Below, piece after piece: positions 31,152-41,437 of a stretch of DNA of 64,000 bases; within the stretch, counting starts at the first letter, position 1, and each line of letters starts with the position of its first letter. This DNA is from Alphaproteobacteria bacterium (GTDB lineage: Bacteria; Pseudomonadota; Alphaproteobacteria; Bin95). The notes under the pieces are model-generated. The model was not told where the DNA came from. It did not search any database and saw only the letters and a list, made by a program, of their open reading frames with translations. The position numbers and the translations under genes are program-made. Location of the stretch: NCBI GenBank assembly GCA_963665325.3, contig OZ224045.1, positions 1,056,001 through 1,120,000 on the forward strand, in the 5' to 3' direction.

Positions 31152-32647
31152 TGGCGGAAATCGCCGCGCTTCTGGGGGAACTGGGCGGCCTGGTCGGCCT
31201 CGCGCAGGTCAGCGCGCTGCTCATCGGCCTCATTCTGGGAATCATCGTAGGCGTCCTGCCGGGACTGGGTCCGCTGCTCGGCGTCACGCTCGCCATCCCG
31301 TTCACCTTCCACATGGACCCGGTGTCGAGCATCGCCCTGCTCATCGGCTTCTACCAAGGCGGCTCCTATGGCGGCGCGGTGACTGCCACCGTGCTCGGCA
31401 TTCCCGGCACGCCCATCGCCGCCGCAACCCTGCTGGACGCGCACCCCATGGCGCTCGCCGGGCGCGCCTCGGAGGCCGTGACGCTCGCGACGCTCGCTTC
31501 CTGGGTCGGCGGGCTGATCGGCGGCACCGTGCTGCTGCTGACCGCGCCCGCGCTTGCCAAGATCGCGATCCGCTTTGGCCCAGCGGAAACCTTCGCGCTC
31601 GCCGCGCTCGGCCTCACCGCCATCGCCAGCCTGAGCCAGGGCAGCACGCTGAAGGGCCTGCTCTCCGGTCTCTTCGGCCTGATGTGCGCGACCATCGGCA
31701 CCGACCCGTTCACCGGCATTGCGCGCTTCAATTTCGGCCGCACCGAGTTTTCCGGGGGCCTTACCTTCGTCGCCCTCCTCGTCGGTCTCTTCGCGATCTC
31801 CGAGGTGCTGATGCAGATCGAGCGCACCTTGCGCGGCTGGCAGGCGAGCGGGCGCATCGGCGTTGCGTTCTCGATGTTCAGGACCCTCTTCACCCGGTTC
31901 TTCGGCTATGTCCGGGCGAGCCTGGTCGGCGTCGGCATCGGCATCATTCCCGCTGTCGGCGGCGTGACCTCCGCCTTCCTCGCCTACAAGCTTGCGCGCG
32001 ACTTCTCGAAGGAGCCGGAGCGTTTCGGCAAGGGTGCGCCCGAAGGCGTGATCGCGAGCGAGGCCGCCAACTCGGCGACGACCGGCGGCGCGCTCATTCC
32101 CATGCTGGCGCTCGGTATCCCGGGCGACCCCATCGTGGCGGTGATGATGGGCGGGCTGCTCATCCACGGGGTCACGCCCGGCCCGATGCTGTTCTTCACC
32201 AACCTGGAAGTGCTGAACGGCATCTTCGCGACCTTCCTGATCGGCGCGCTGCTACTTCTGCCGCTCGGCCTGGCGCTGCTGCCGGTGTTCATCCGCGTGC
32301 TCAGGGTGCCGCTCGACTACATGCTCGCCGGCGTGCTGCTGCTGGCGATTTTCGGCACGTTCGCGGTCCAGCGCCAAACGCTCGACCTGTGGATCATGTG
32401 GCTGTTCGGGGTCGTCGGCTACGCGATGCGCAAGGCGGGTTTCCCGCTGGCGCCGTTGGTCATCGGTTTCGTCCTCGGCCCCATCGTGGAAGTGAACCTG
32501 CGGCGCGCCGCGACGCTCGCAAGTTCCGACATGGCGGGTTATTTCCTCGGCCGCCCGATCGCACTCGGCATACTGGTCATGGCGCTGCTGGCGCTTGCCT
32601 TCCCGGTGATGCGGGCGTTGTGGCAACGCCGGGCCGGCGCGACGTGA
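31151..32647 (+). CDS. tctA: tripartite tricarboxylate transporter large membrane subunit
   Basis: GVLPGLG, GIPGTP...AT..D, EAANSA, LGIPG, GFVLGP. Confidence 0.9.
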   Translation: MAEIAALLGELGGLVGLAQVSALLIGLILGIIVGVLPGLGPLLGVTLAIPFTFHMDPVSSIALLIGFYQGGSYGGAVTATVLGIPGTPIAAATLLDAHPMALAGRASEAVTLATLASWVGGLIGGTVLLLTAPALAKIAIRFGPAETFALAALGLTAIASLSQGSTLKGLLSGLFGLMCATIGTDPFTGIARFNFGRTEFSGGLTFVALLVGLFAISEVLMQIERTLRGWQASGRIGVAFSMFRTLFTRFFGYVRASLVGVGIGIIPAVGGVTSAFLAYKLARDFSKEPERFGKGAPEGVIASEAANSATTGGALIPMLALGIPGDPIVAVMMGGLLIHGVTPGPMLFFTNLEVLNGIFATFLIGALLLLPLGLALLPVFIRVLRVPLDYMLAGVLLLAIFGTFAVQRQTLDLWIMWLFGVVGYAMRKAGFPLAPLVIGFVLGPIVEVNLRRAATLASSDMAGYFLGRPIALGILVMALLALAFPVMRALWQRRAGAT

Positions 32648-32666
32648 AATCGAGGGAGGAAGCGAG

Positions 32667-33614
32667 ATGAAATTCGGACTGGTGATGCCGCAGCATGGCG
32701 CCTTCGCCAACCGGGCGAGCCTGGAACGCATGGCCCGTGCGGCGGAAGACACGGGCTTCGCCTCCATCTGGGCCATCGACCACATCATCATTCCCCGCCC
32801 GTTCGTCGAGCGGTTCTCCGACCGGGTCTACGGGCTGTTCAGCACGCTCGGCTTTCTCGCCGGCATCACCAGCCGGGTGAAGCTCGGAACGACAGTCATC
32901 GTGCTGCCTTACCGCCATCCCGTGACCCTCGCCAAGGAAATGGCGAGCGTGGACGACCTTTCGGGGGGGCGCACGATATTCGGCGTCGCCTTCGGCTGGA
33001 TCAGAGAGGAATACGAGGCGCTCGATATCCCCTTCGCCCGGCGCGGCGCCAGGGCGGACGAGATGCTGCGCATCCTGGACCGGCTGTGGTCGGACGGCCC
33101 GAACGACTTCGAGGGCGAGTTCTACTCCTTCGAGGATTTCGCCTTCGACCCGCCTCCCGTGCAGAAACCGCGCCCGCCGATATGGATCGGCGGCAACAAT
33201 GAGCGCGCGCTCCGGCGGGTCGTGGAATACGGGGACGGCTGGCACCCGATCACCTCGGCCCGGAGGCCGGGTTCCGTGCAATGGACCGTGGACGATCTGC
33301 GCCGCCGGCTGAAACTGCTCGACCGGATGGCCGAAGAAGCGGGGCGCGACCCCGCCAGTATCGCGCGCTCGCTGCATGCGACCTTGGCTTTCGACATCGA
33401 CGCGACGGATTTCCTCGGCGACGGCTACGCCTTTGTCGGCAGCCGGGACGATATATGCCGCAAGCTGGACATGGCGCGGGACATGGGGTTGGAGCACATC
33501 ACCCTCAATCCCTGGTACACGATCCCCGGCCGCATCCACGAGCCGACCGTCGATACGGCGATGGCGACGGTGGAGCGCTTCTTCGAGGAAGTGATGGGCG
33601 ACTACGCCGACTAG
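32667..33614 (+). CDS. LLM-class oxidoreductase, putative F420-dependent
   Basis: GFASIW..DH, LGTTV.VLPYRHP, GW.REEY, PPIWIGG, GDGWHP. Confidence 0.85.
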   Translation: MKFGLVMPQHGAFANRASLERMARAAEDTGFASIWAIDHIIIPRPFVERFSDRVYGLFSTLGFLAGITSRVKLGTTVIVLPYRHPVTLAKEMASVDDLSGGRTIFGVAFGWIREEYEALDIPFARRGARADEMLRILDRLWSDGPNDFEGEFYSFEDFAFDPPPVQKPRPPIWIGGNNERALRRVVEYGDGWHPITSARRPGSVQWTVDDLRRRLKLLDRMAEEAGRDPASIARSLHATLAFDIDATDFLGDGYAFVGSRDDICRKLDMARDMGLEHITLNPWYTIPGRIHEPTVDTAMATVERFFEEVMGDYAD

Positions 33615-34459
33615 GGTCTGTACTCGATTAGGGGATTCCGACAGAGTCTGGAATGTGATTCAAGTTTCCAAACGATATGGAGGTTTGAATGGCGCGGACG
33701 CTGTTTTGGTTGAGCGAGGAGGAATGGACACGGATCGAACCTTGGCTTCCTCATGGTCGTCGCGGCGCACACCGGGTTGATGACCGCCGGGTGATCTCTG
33801 GGATTGTCCACATGTTGAAGACCGGAGCGCGCTGGCGGGATTGTCCGGCGGAGTATGGCCCCTATACGACGATCTACAATCGGTTCAACCGGTGGAGCAA
33901 ACAGGGTGTGTGGGAGGATGTGTTCTACGCCCTGTCGGGCTCAAGTGGCGTGATCAGCACGACCGCTGTCGATTCCACCCACGTAAAGGCTCACCGTTCG
34001 GCTGCCGGCGCAAAAGGGGGGAATATGAACACGCGATCGGACGATCTCGCGGCGGACGGACGACCAAGATTCACGCCCTGACCGATGAGGCCGGCCGGCC
34101 CGTGGCATTCACCCTTACGCCCGGCCAGGCCCACGATCTTGCCGGGGTCGGGGCTCTCCTGAAGCAGGTCCCCGCACCAAAGCGATTGATCGCCGACAGG
34201 GCCTACGATGCCCGCAAGTTCCGTAACTGGCTCACCGACCGCGGCTGCGAACCGGTGATACCGCCCCAGTCCACGCGGAAGAACCCGCACTCCTTCGACG
34301 CCACAGCCTACAAGCTCCGTAACCGCATCGAGCGTATGTTCTGTCGCCTCAAAGACTTTCGCCGTATCGCAACCCGCTACGACAAACGCGCCGATACATT
34401 CTTGTCGGCCGTCTTCATCGCCGCAACTCTCGCCTGGTGGGCCAATTGAGTCCCGACCC
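33614..34459 (+). mobile_element. IS5-family insertion sequence (IS427-like), 846 bp, apparently intact
   Basis: imperfect TIRs GGGTCTGTACTCGATT / GGGTCGGGACTCAATT (rc), TA duplicated at 33612-13 and 34460-61; two-ORF transposase. Confidence 0.9.
33689..34449 (+). CDS. IS5-family transposase, OrfA/OrfB joined by a -1 frameshift
   Basis: OrfA 33689-34081 (DDRRVISG, WRDCP.EYG, DST), OrfB (GRSRGGRTTKIH, ADRAYD, IERMF, ATRYDK); slippery AAAAGGGGGG at 34012-34021. Confidence 0.88.
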
Positions 34460-34862
34460 TAGCCCGCATTTCTCGCCATGGTCATGGTCTGCGCGGTGCT
34501 GTCGGGCCGGCAGGGTAGGAGAGCCGTGCAGCGCGATGCGGGGCATCGGGCAAGCGGCTCGACGCACCCTGCCGGCCCGACAGCGCCGCCCTTCGGGTCG
34601 CGCCCAGGCGTCCGCCCGCGGCGTCGCGAGCCTCAACCGTAGGCTCTGCTACGCTTTTCGGCCCCGCTCCTTGCGGAGCGAACGCCTGGACGCGACGCAG
34701 GCCGTGACCCTGGTGAGAAATGCGGGCTAGAGCCGTATCGCATCGTTATCGAACGGGTCGAAAGAAGGAGCCGGATAGCGAGATAGAGGCCCGAACGGTG
34801 TTCGGGCCGGTGCTATGCTGCTTCCGTCCCGAGCGCGAACCGGAGAGGGAAGGAGACATGCC

Positions 34863-35783
34863 ATGAGCAAGCACCAGGGAACGGGCGTGCCGGCCCAGCC
34901 CGAGGCCTGGCAGTGGGAGGAAGCCGACTGGCGCCCGATCGTCGAGAAAGTCAGGGCCGGGCGTTCGCTCAAGCCTGCGGCATGGCCCGGCGGCGCGCGC
35001 TGCGCCGTTGCGCTGTCCTTCGACTCCGACCACGAGACGCAGACCCTGCGCTGGGCGCAGAGTTCGCCCGGCAAGCTCAGCCAGGGCCAGTACGGCGCCA
35101 GGGCCGGCGTGCCGAGGATCCTGAAACTTCTGGAACGCTACGGCGTGCCGGCGACCTTCTTCGTGCCCGCCGTAATCGCCATGCTGCATCCGGACGAACA
35201 GCGCCGGGTAGTCGGGGAAGGACACGAAATCGGCATCCATTCCTGGATTCACGAGCTCAACTCCGCCCTGCCGCCGGCCGCCGAGCGCGACCTCCAGATG
35301 CGCGCCGCCGACAAGCTGGAGGAGATATGCGGCGTCCGCCCGGTCGGCATCCGCACACCGTCATGGGATTTTTCCGAGCACACGCTGGCGATCACGCGGG
35401 AGATGGGCCTCCTCTACGACTCCTCGCTCATGGCCGATGACGAACCGTATGAATTACTGGAAGACAACGAGCCGACCGGGGTGGTCGAGCTTCCGGTGGA
35501 ATGGATTCGCGACGACGCGCCCTACTGGGCGATGGACCGTTTCACGGGCCTGCGCCCCTACACGCCGCCCGGAGGCGTGCTGGAGGTGTTCAGGCGCGAA
35601 TTCGACGGCGCTTACGAGGAGGAAGGTCTGTTTCTCCTGACCATGCACCCGCATTTCATCGGCCACCGCTCGCGCATCCAGGTGCTGGACGAGCTGGTCC
35701 AGCATATCCGCACGAAACCCGGCGTCTGGTTCGCAACCCACGGGGATGTCGCCCGCCACTGCAAGGAACAGGCCGGGCTCTGA
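34863..35783 (+). CDS. polysaccharide deacetylase family (PuuE/PgdA-like) amidohydrolase
   Basis: WPGGARCAVALSFDSD, ATFFVP, GHEIGIHSWIHE, YDSS, TMHP. Confidence 0.85.
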   Translation: MSKHQGTGVPAQPEAWQWEEADWRPIVEKVRAGRSLKPAAWPGGARCAVALSFDSDHETQTLRWAQSSPGKLSQGQYGARAGVPRILKLLERYGVPATFFVPAVIAMLHPDEQRRVVGEGHEIGIHSWIHELNSALPPAAERDLQMRAADKLEEICGVRPVGIRTPSWDFSEHTLAITREMGLLYDSSLMADDEPYELLEDNEPTGVVELPVEWIRDDAPYWAMDRFTGLRPYTPPGGVLEVFRREFDGAYEEEGLFLLTMHPHFIGHRSRIQVLDELVQHIRTKPGVWFATHGDVARHCKEQAGL

Positions 35784-35788
35784 CGGCG

Positions 35789-36790
35789 CTACCCGGGCTC
35801 AGGCTCGGGGACTGCGCGGTCGGAGAACAGGCAGGCGTCGGCGTGGCCGGGGAGGTGCTCGACCAGGGGCGGGACCTCGGCTGCGCATTCCGCCTGCGCG
35901 AGCGGGCAGCGGGTGCGGAAACGGCAGCCGGAGGGCAGGTTGCCGGGGTCGGGCGGCTCGCCTTCGAGCCAGAAGGTTTCCGTAATCCGCTGCTTGCCGA
36001 TCTGCGGGATCGCGGCCAGCAATGAGCGCGTATAGGGATGCCGGGGCGCGCTGAAGATCTGCTCCGTCGGTCCCAGTTCCACGACTTTCCCCAGATACAT
36101 GACGGCGACGCGGTCGCAGATCATCCGCACGACGCTGAGATCGTGCGAAATGAAAACATAGGTGAGGTCGAACTGCTTCTGCAGGTCGAGGAAGAGGTTG
36201 AGCACGGTCGCCTGGACGGAGACATCGAGCCCGGAGGTCGGTTCGTCCAGCACCACCAGGCTCGGCTGCAGGGTGAGGATGCGGGCGAGGCCGACGCGGC
36301 GCTGCTGGCCGCCGGAGATTTCGTGCGGGTAGAGGTCGAGATGGCTTTCCGGCAGGCCGACGGCCGAGAGGATATCGCTCACCCGTTCCCGCCGCGCCGC
36401 GCCTCCGAGACCGGTATGGATGACCAGGGGCTCGTCCAGCGCCTTGCCGATCTTCCAGCGCGGGTCGAGCGAGGCACCGGGGTCCTGGTAGGTGTATTGC
36501 AGGTCGCGGCGGAGCTCGCGCGACTGGTACGGCTTGAGGTCGGTGATGTCGTTGCCTTCGAAGACGATCCGGCCGCTGGTCGGACGGTGAATGCCCATCA
36601 CCGTCTTGCCGAGGGTGGACTTGCCGCAGCCCGACTCGCCGACGACGCCGAGGATTTCGCCCTTCTCGACCGTCAGCGAGACATCGTCCACGGCCTTCAG
36701 CCAGCCGATGCGGCGCTTCCAGACGTCGCGGATCGGGAAATATTTCTCCAGGCCCTCAAGGCGCAGCAGGTCCGGGCCGGGAGCCGTCAT
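35789..36790 (-). CDS. oligopeptide/dipeptide ABC transporter ATPase (OppF/DppF-like)
   Basis: GESGCGKST, SGGQQRR, LDEPTS, HPYT, GCRFRTRC. Confidence 0.9.
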   Translation of the reverse strand: MTAPGPDLLRLEGLEKYFPIRDVWKRRIGWLKAVDDVSLTVEKGEILGVVGESGCGKSTLGKTVMGIHRPTSGRIVFEGNDITDLKPYQSRELRRDLQYTYQDPGASLDPRWKIGKALDEPLVIHTGLGGAARRERVSDILSAVGLPESHLDLYPHEISGGQQRRVGLARILTLQPSLVVLDEPTSGLDVSVQATVLNLFLDLQKQFDLTYVFISHDLSVVRMICDRVAVMYLGKVVELGPTEQIFSAPRHPYTRSLLAAIPQIGKQRITETFWLEGEPPDPGNLPSGCRFRTRCPLAQAECAAEVPPLVEHLPGHADACLFSDRAVPEPEPG

Positions 36791-37809
36791 GACGCGGCCT
36801 CCCGAACGGCCTCTACCGGATGGTGGCAGCGGATGCGGTGGGCGGGCCCTGCTTCCGTCACGCCCGGGCGGAGGGCGGCGCACCGCTCGCTCGCAGAGGT
36901 GCAGCGCGGGTGGAAACGGCAGCCGGACGGCGGGTCGATCAGCGCCGGTATCTGGCCGGGAATGCCGCTGATGCCGTGCTCGCGGGAGGGCAGGGATTCG
37001 AGCAGGCGCTTCGTGTAGGGGTGGCGTGGCGCGGCGAAGAAGTCGTCGGAGGGCGCGCTCTCGACCTCCTGGCCCGCATACATGACGGTGATGCGGTCGC
37101 AAATCTCGTAGGCCGTTCCGAGATCGTGGGTCGTGAAGAGGACGGAGACCCCGCGCCCGGTGGCGAGGCGTTTGAGCAGCTTGAGGATTTGCGCCTGGAT
37201 GGTTACGTCGAGCGCGGTCGTGGGTTCGTCCGCGATGATGAGCTTGGGCTCGGGCAGCAGCGCCATGGCGATCATCAGCCGCTGGCGTTGGCCGCCGGAA
37301 ACCTCGTGCGGGTATTTCTTCAGGATACCTTCGGGATCGGGCAGTTGAACGGTGCGCAGGAGTTCGAGAACGCGGGCCCGGTCGGACCGGCGCCGCGCGC
37401 GCGGATAGAAGCGGGCGGCCGCGGCGGGTTCGGAGTCCGGCGATTTCCACTTCATGAGCTCGTCGATCTGGGCGCCAATGGTGAAGACGGGGTTGAAGGA
37501 GGAGAACGGGTCCTGCGGAACGAAAGTGATCTGGCGGCCCCGGACTTCTGTGGCGAGGCCCTGCGGGTCCTCCGCCAGCAGGTTGCGTCCGTCGAAGTCG
37601 ATGACGCCGGATGAGATGCGCGCCGAGATCGCCGGCAGCACGCCGAGGATCGCGCGCGCCAGCGTCGTCTTCCCGCAGCCGGACTCCCCGACAAGGCCGA
37701 CGATCTCGCCGCGCCCGACATGGAAATTCACACTGTCGAGCACGCGGGCGAGGCCGCGGTCGGTCTGGAAGCCGACCTCCAGATCGGTGACGGTCAGCAG
37801 GTCATCCAT
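36787..37809 (-). CDS. oligopeptide/dipeptide ABC transporter ATPase (OppD/DppD-like)
   Basis: GESGCGKT, SGGQRQR, ADEPTTALD, GCRFHPRC. Confidence 0.9.
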   Translation of the reverse strand: MDDLLTVTDLEVGFQTDRGLARVLDSVNFHVGRGEIVGLVGESGCGKTTLARAILGVLPAISARISSGVIDFDGRNLLAEDPQGLATEVRGRQITFVPQDPFSSFNPVFTIGAQIDELMKWKSPDSEPAAAARFYPRARRRSDRARVLELLRTVQLPDPEGILKKYPHEVSGGQRQRLMIAMALLPEPKLIIADEPTTALDVTIQAQILKLLKRLATGRGVSVLFTTHDLGTAYEICDRITVMYAGQEVESAPSDDFFAAPRHPYTKRLLESLPSREHGISGIPGQIPALIDPPSGCRFHPRCTSASERCAALRPGVTEAGPAHRIRCHHPVEAVREAAS

Positions 37810-38659
37810 CGGAGGACCGCCGGGTGCGGGGGTCGAGAATGTCGCGCAGCCCGTCGCCGAACAGGTTAAAGCCCATGACGACGAGGAAGATGGCGAGGCC
37901 GGGCGCGGTGGCATACCACCAGGCTTCCGGCAGGAACTCGCGGGATTCGGCAATCGTCCGTCCCCATTCGGGAGAGGGCGCCGGGGGGCCGAGGCCGAGA
38001 AACCCGAGCGTGGCGGCGGTCAGTATGGTGCCGCCCATGCCGATGGTCGTGCGGACGATGAGCGATGAGGAGATATTGGGAAGGACATGGAAGAGCATGA
38101 CCCGTCCGGGCGAGGCGCCGAGCGCGATGGACGCTTCCACATAGGTTTCGTTCAGCGCCGAGCGGGTTTCCGCATAGACGAGCCGCGCCCAGAAGGGCCA
38201 ATAGGTGGCCGATAGCGCGAGAATGACATTTTCGATGGAGGGGCCGAGGGTCTGGGCGATGGCGATGGCCAGCACGATCTGCGGCACGGCCAGAAAAATG
38301 TCGGAAATGCGCATGAGCGCATCGGAAACCCAATTGCGGTAATAGCCGGCGACCAAGCCGACCGGGATGCCGATCAGCACGCTGACGCCGATGGCGATGA
38401 CCGCGATGGCAATGGTGATACGGGCGCCGAACAGGATGCGCGAATACACATCCGAGCCCATCCGGTCGGTGCCGAAGAAATGCTCGACCGAAGGCGGCTG
38501 TAAGCGGCCCGGCGGGTTGAACTCGCTCACATCCTGCGGGTGCGTGGAGAGGATCGGCGCGGCGATGGCGACGACGATCAGCAGCAGGATCAGCAGCGCG
38601 CCCAGCGCCGCCGTCCTGTCGGCGGCGAGTTTCCGGAGGAGGAAGCGGGCGGTTTCCAT
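37802..38659 (-). CDS. peptide ABC transporter permease (OppC/DppC-like)
   Basis: HFFGTD..G.DVYSR, YVEAS.ALGA, LGFLGLG, PEWG. Confidence 0.9.
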   Translation of the reverse strand: METARFLLRKLAADRTAALGALLILLLIVVAIAAPILSTHPQDVSEFNPPGRLQPPSVEHFFGTDRMGSDVYSRILFGARITIAIAVIAIGVSVLIGIPVGLVAGYYRNWVSDALMRISDIFLAVPQIVLAIAIAQTLGPSIENVILALSATYWPFWARLVYAETRSALNETYVEASIALGASPGRVMLFHVLPNISSSLIVRTTIGMGGTILTAATLGFLGLGPPAPSPEWGRTIAESREFLPEAWWYATAPGLAIFLVVMGFNLFGDGLRDILDPRTRRSSDG

Positions 38660-39663
38660 CAGCCGGCTTCGCGCGGGTCGATCAGGCCATGGGAGATGTC
38701 CACCAGCAGGTTCGCGATGATGAACACGGCGCCCATGACGAGAGTGAAACCCATGATGGCGTTGTAGTCCGATTGCAGGATCGAATTGACGGCGTAAAGC
38801 CCGAGGCCCGGCCAGTCGAACACGGCCTCCACGACGACCGCATTGGCGATCAGGTTGCCGAAGATCAGGCCCAGCTGTGTCACCGTGCCGATGAGCGCGT
38901 TCCTCAGCACATAGCGCCACACGACCACCCGGCGGGGGACGCCCATCGCGTTCTGGTAATCGACATAGTTGGAGTTGATGGCGTCGAGCACGCCCGCGCG
39001 GGTGAAACGCATCACCGTCGCCATGGCGGGAAAGGAGAGCGTGACAGCCGGCAGGATCATGTGATGGGCCACCGACCGGAAGGTCTCCCAGTCGCCGGTC
39101 CAGGCCGAGTCGATCAGGAAGAAGCCGGTGACGGGCTCGGGCCCCCACCCGTCCACGCGGCCCTGGAGCGGCGTGATGCCGAGCTCCATCGCGAACAGGA
39201 GCTGGAACAGGATGGCCAGCCAGAAGGCGGCGATGGCAAGGCCGGAAACGGTGAAGACGCGGAGCACATGGTCGAGCCAGGAGTTACGGTCGATCGCTGC
39301 CAGAACGCCGAGAGGGATGCCGATGACGGCCGAGAGCAGGATGCTCACGAAGGCGAGCTCAAGCGTGGCCGGCAAGCGGGCGACCAGGTCGTCGGCAATC
39401 GGCCGCTGCGTGTAGAGGCTGACCCCGAAATCGCCCTGGGCGACGCCGAGCACATAGTTCCAGAGCTGGACCGGGATGGGCTTGTCCACCCCGAACTTGG
39501 CTTTCAGGGCCGCGATCTGCTCGGCGCTGGCATTGTCGCCGGCGATGAAGGCAATGGGATCGGCCGGAATGATGTGGCTGATCGTGAAGGTAATGGCCAG
39601 AAGGCCCAGAAGCGTGGGCACCAGCCAGAGCAGGCGGTTCAGGGTGAGGACGAGTTCGCGCAT
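38659..39663 (-). CDS. peptide ABC transporter permease (OppB/DppB-like)
   Basis: GDFGVS, LPATLEL, LRNAL, VE.VF.WPGLG. Confidence 0.9.
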   Translation of the reverse strand: MRELVLTLNRLLWLVPTLLGLLAITFTISHIIPADPIAFIAGDNASAEQIAALKAKFGVDKPIPVQLWNYVLGVAQGDFGVSLYTQRPIADDLVARLPATLELAFVSILLSAVIGIPLGVLAAIDRNSWLDHVLRVFTVSGLAIAAFWLAILFQLLFAMELGITPLQGRVDGWGPEPVTGFFLIDSAWTGDWETFRSVAHHMILPAVTLSFPAMATVMRFTRAGVLDAINSNYVDYQNAMGVPRRVVVWRYVLRNALIGTVTQLGLIFGNLIANAVVVEAVFDWPGLGLYAVNSILQSDYNAIMGFTLVMGAVFIIANLLVDISHGLIDPREAG

Positions 39664-39791
39664 CGGAATATGGCTATCCTGTCAGGCGCCGGCTGCTGCC
39701 GGACCCCGCCCTTGTCCCCTCTCGATCCGGACCGGAGCTGCGAGGGTTCCGGGAGGGGCCCGGAACCGCTGCGCAGGCCTGCCGGGCCGGG

Positions 39792-41357
39792 CTACTCCAT
39801 AGAGACCCAGCGCATCTCCTGGCCGTTGCCGATGGGCGAGAACCGGATGCCCTTGGCGTTCTTGTTGAACGGGCCGAACCACTTGGTGTTGTAGACGAAG
39901 ATGCCGGCGGCATCTTCCATCAGCAGGCGGTTGGCCTTCTCGTAGTTGGCCTTGCGCAGTTCCTGGTCGGTGGAGACGCGCGCTTCGGAGAGCAGCTTGT
40001 CCACCTCTTCGTTGCAATACCAGGAGTTGTTGCGGGCGCCGATCTGCTCGCAGGCATACATCTCGCCCAGCCAGTTGTTCGGGTCCGCATAGTAGGTGGA
40101 CTTCCACAGGAACAGCAGATCGTACATCTGCTCCTCGTCGCGCATCTTGCCCGAAGCCACAGGCCAGGTCTCGGCGACGATCTTGGTCTTGACGCCGATC
40201 TTGTTCAGGCCGTTCTGCAACAGCGCGGCGGCCTGTTCGGTCTGGCCGTATCCGGCAAGGGCGCCCAGCGTGATCTCCGGGATGTCGCCCTCGACCATGG
40301 CAAGGTGCTCCTTGGCCTTTTCAAGGTCGAGCGTGTAGCCCTCAGCATCCCCCGGCGAGCCCCACATATTGTTCGGCAGCGGCACCGGATTGCGGGCGAC
40401 CGAGCCGGACAGGATGTTGTCGATGAACCCGTCATAGTCGAAGGCGTAGCTCAGCGCCTTGCGGAAGTTGATGTCGTTCATCGGCGGGCGGGCGTTGTGG
40501 ATGATGGAATAGAAGATCCGCATGGACTCTTCTTCCTGCACAACGACATGGTCGCTGGTGCGCAGCCGCTTCACCTGGTCCTGCGGCAGGTAGCCGTCCG
40601 TGCCGTGGAAGTCGCCGTTCATCAGCCCGAGCACGCGCGAGTTGATCTCGACGACCGTGCGGAACTCGATTTCGTCGAGCGGGTTGTCCACCATGTCCCA
40701 GCCGAAGAAATGGTCCTCGAAGCGCGCCGCCTGCCAGCCGATGGCCGGGTCGTAGCGCTTGAGCTGGAAGGAGCCGGAGCCGGCGTCGTTCTTCGACAGC
40801 CACGCGGTGCCGAGGTCGCCGTCTGCTTCGTTGGCCTTCACCAGCTCGGCGTTGACGACATGGATTTCCGGAACCGTGGCGAGGAAGATGGCCGAGGGCT
40901 TGGAGAGGGTGAAGACGACCGTCTTGGCGTCCGGAGCCTTCGTGGAGCCCGGTGCGACCGTGCCCTCGAAGAGCGAGTAGGCGCCCTTCTTCATCTCCAG
41001 GATGCGGTCGATGGAATACACGACATCGGAGGCTTCGACCGGCGAGCCATCGTGGAACTTGGCGTCCCTGAGGGTGAAGGTGTAGGTCAGCCCGTCATCC
41101 GAGATATCGACCTTCTCGGCCAGCCACGGCTCCAGATGCGGAGGATTGTCGAACCACCGCATCAGCCCGTCATAGAGGTTGATGCGCGAGGCGACCCGGC
41201 CGACATCGAAGATGGCGTGCGGATCCAGCGTGTCGTAGGCGGACGAGTTGGCGAACACGAATTTGCCGCCGGCCGTCGCCGTCGTAGTTGCCGCGCCCAG
41301 CGCAATCGTCGCGACGGCGGCGATGCGGCATAGACGGGATGCATGACGAATAAGCAT
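39792..41357 (-). CDS. peptide/nickel ABC transporter substrate-binding protein (family 5)
   Basis: signal peptide, TLDPH, LYDGL, S.DGLTYTFTLR..KFHDG. Confidence 0.9.
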   Translation of the reverse strand: MLIRHASRLCRIAAVATIALGAATTTATAGGKFVFANSSAYDTLDPHAIFDVGRVASRINLYDGLMRWFDNPPHLEPWLAEKVDISDDGLTYTFTLRDAKFHDGSPVEASDVVYSIDRILEMKKGAYSLFEGTVAPGSTKAPDAKTVVFTLSKPSAIFLATVPEIHVVNAELVKANEADGDLGTAWLSKNDAGSGSFQLKRYDPAIGWQAARFEDHFFGWDMVDNPLDEIEFRTVVEINSRVLGLMNGDFHGTDGYLPQDQVKRLRTSDHVVVQEEESMRIFYSIIHNARPPMNDINFRKALSYAFDYDGFIDNILSGSVARNPVPLPNNMWGSPGDAEGYTLDLEKAKEHLAMVEGDIPEITLGALAGYGQTEQAAALLQNGLNKIGVKTKIVAETWPVASGKMRDEEQMYDLLFLWKSTYYADPNNWLGEMYACEQIGARNNSWYCNEEVDKLLSEARVSTDQELRKANYEKANRLLMEDAAGIFVYNTKWFGPFNKNAKGIRFSPIGNGQEMRWVSME

Positions 41358-41437
41358 CGTTCGTCTGTCTCCTTGTTGCAGTTCCGTTGCGGCGGGGCAC
41401 CCCCGCCTCCTCCCATGTCCGGGCCGTTTCCCGGTCC

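Noticed and set aside
39740-39790. Hairpin between the binding-protein and permease genes
   Set aside because: Ordinary intercistronic stabiliser of ABC operons
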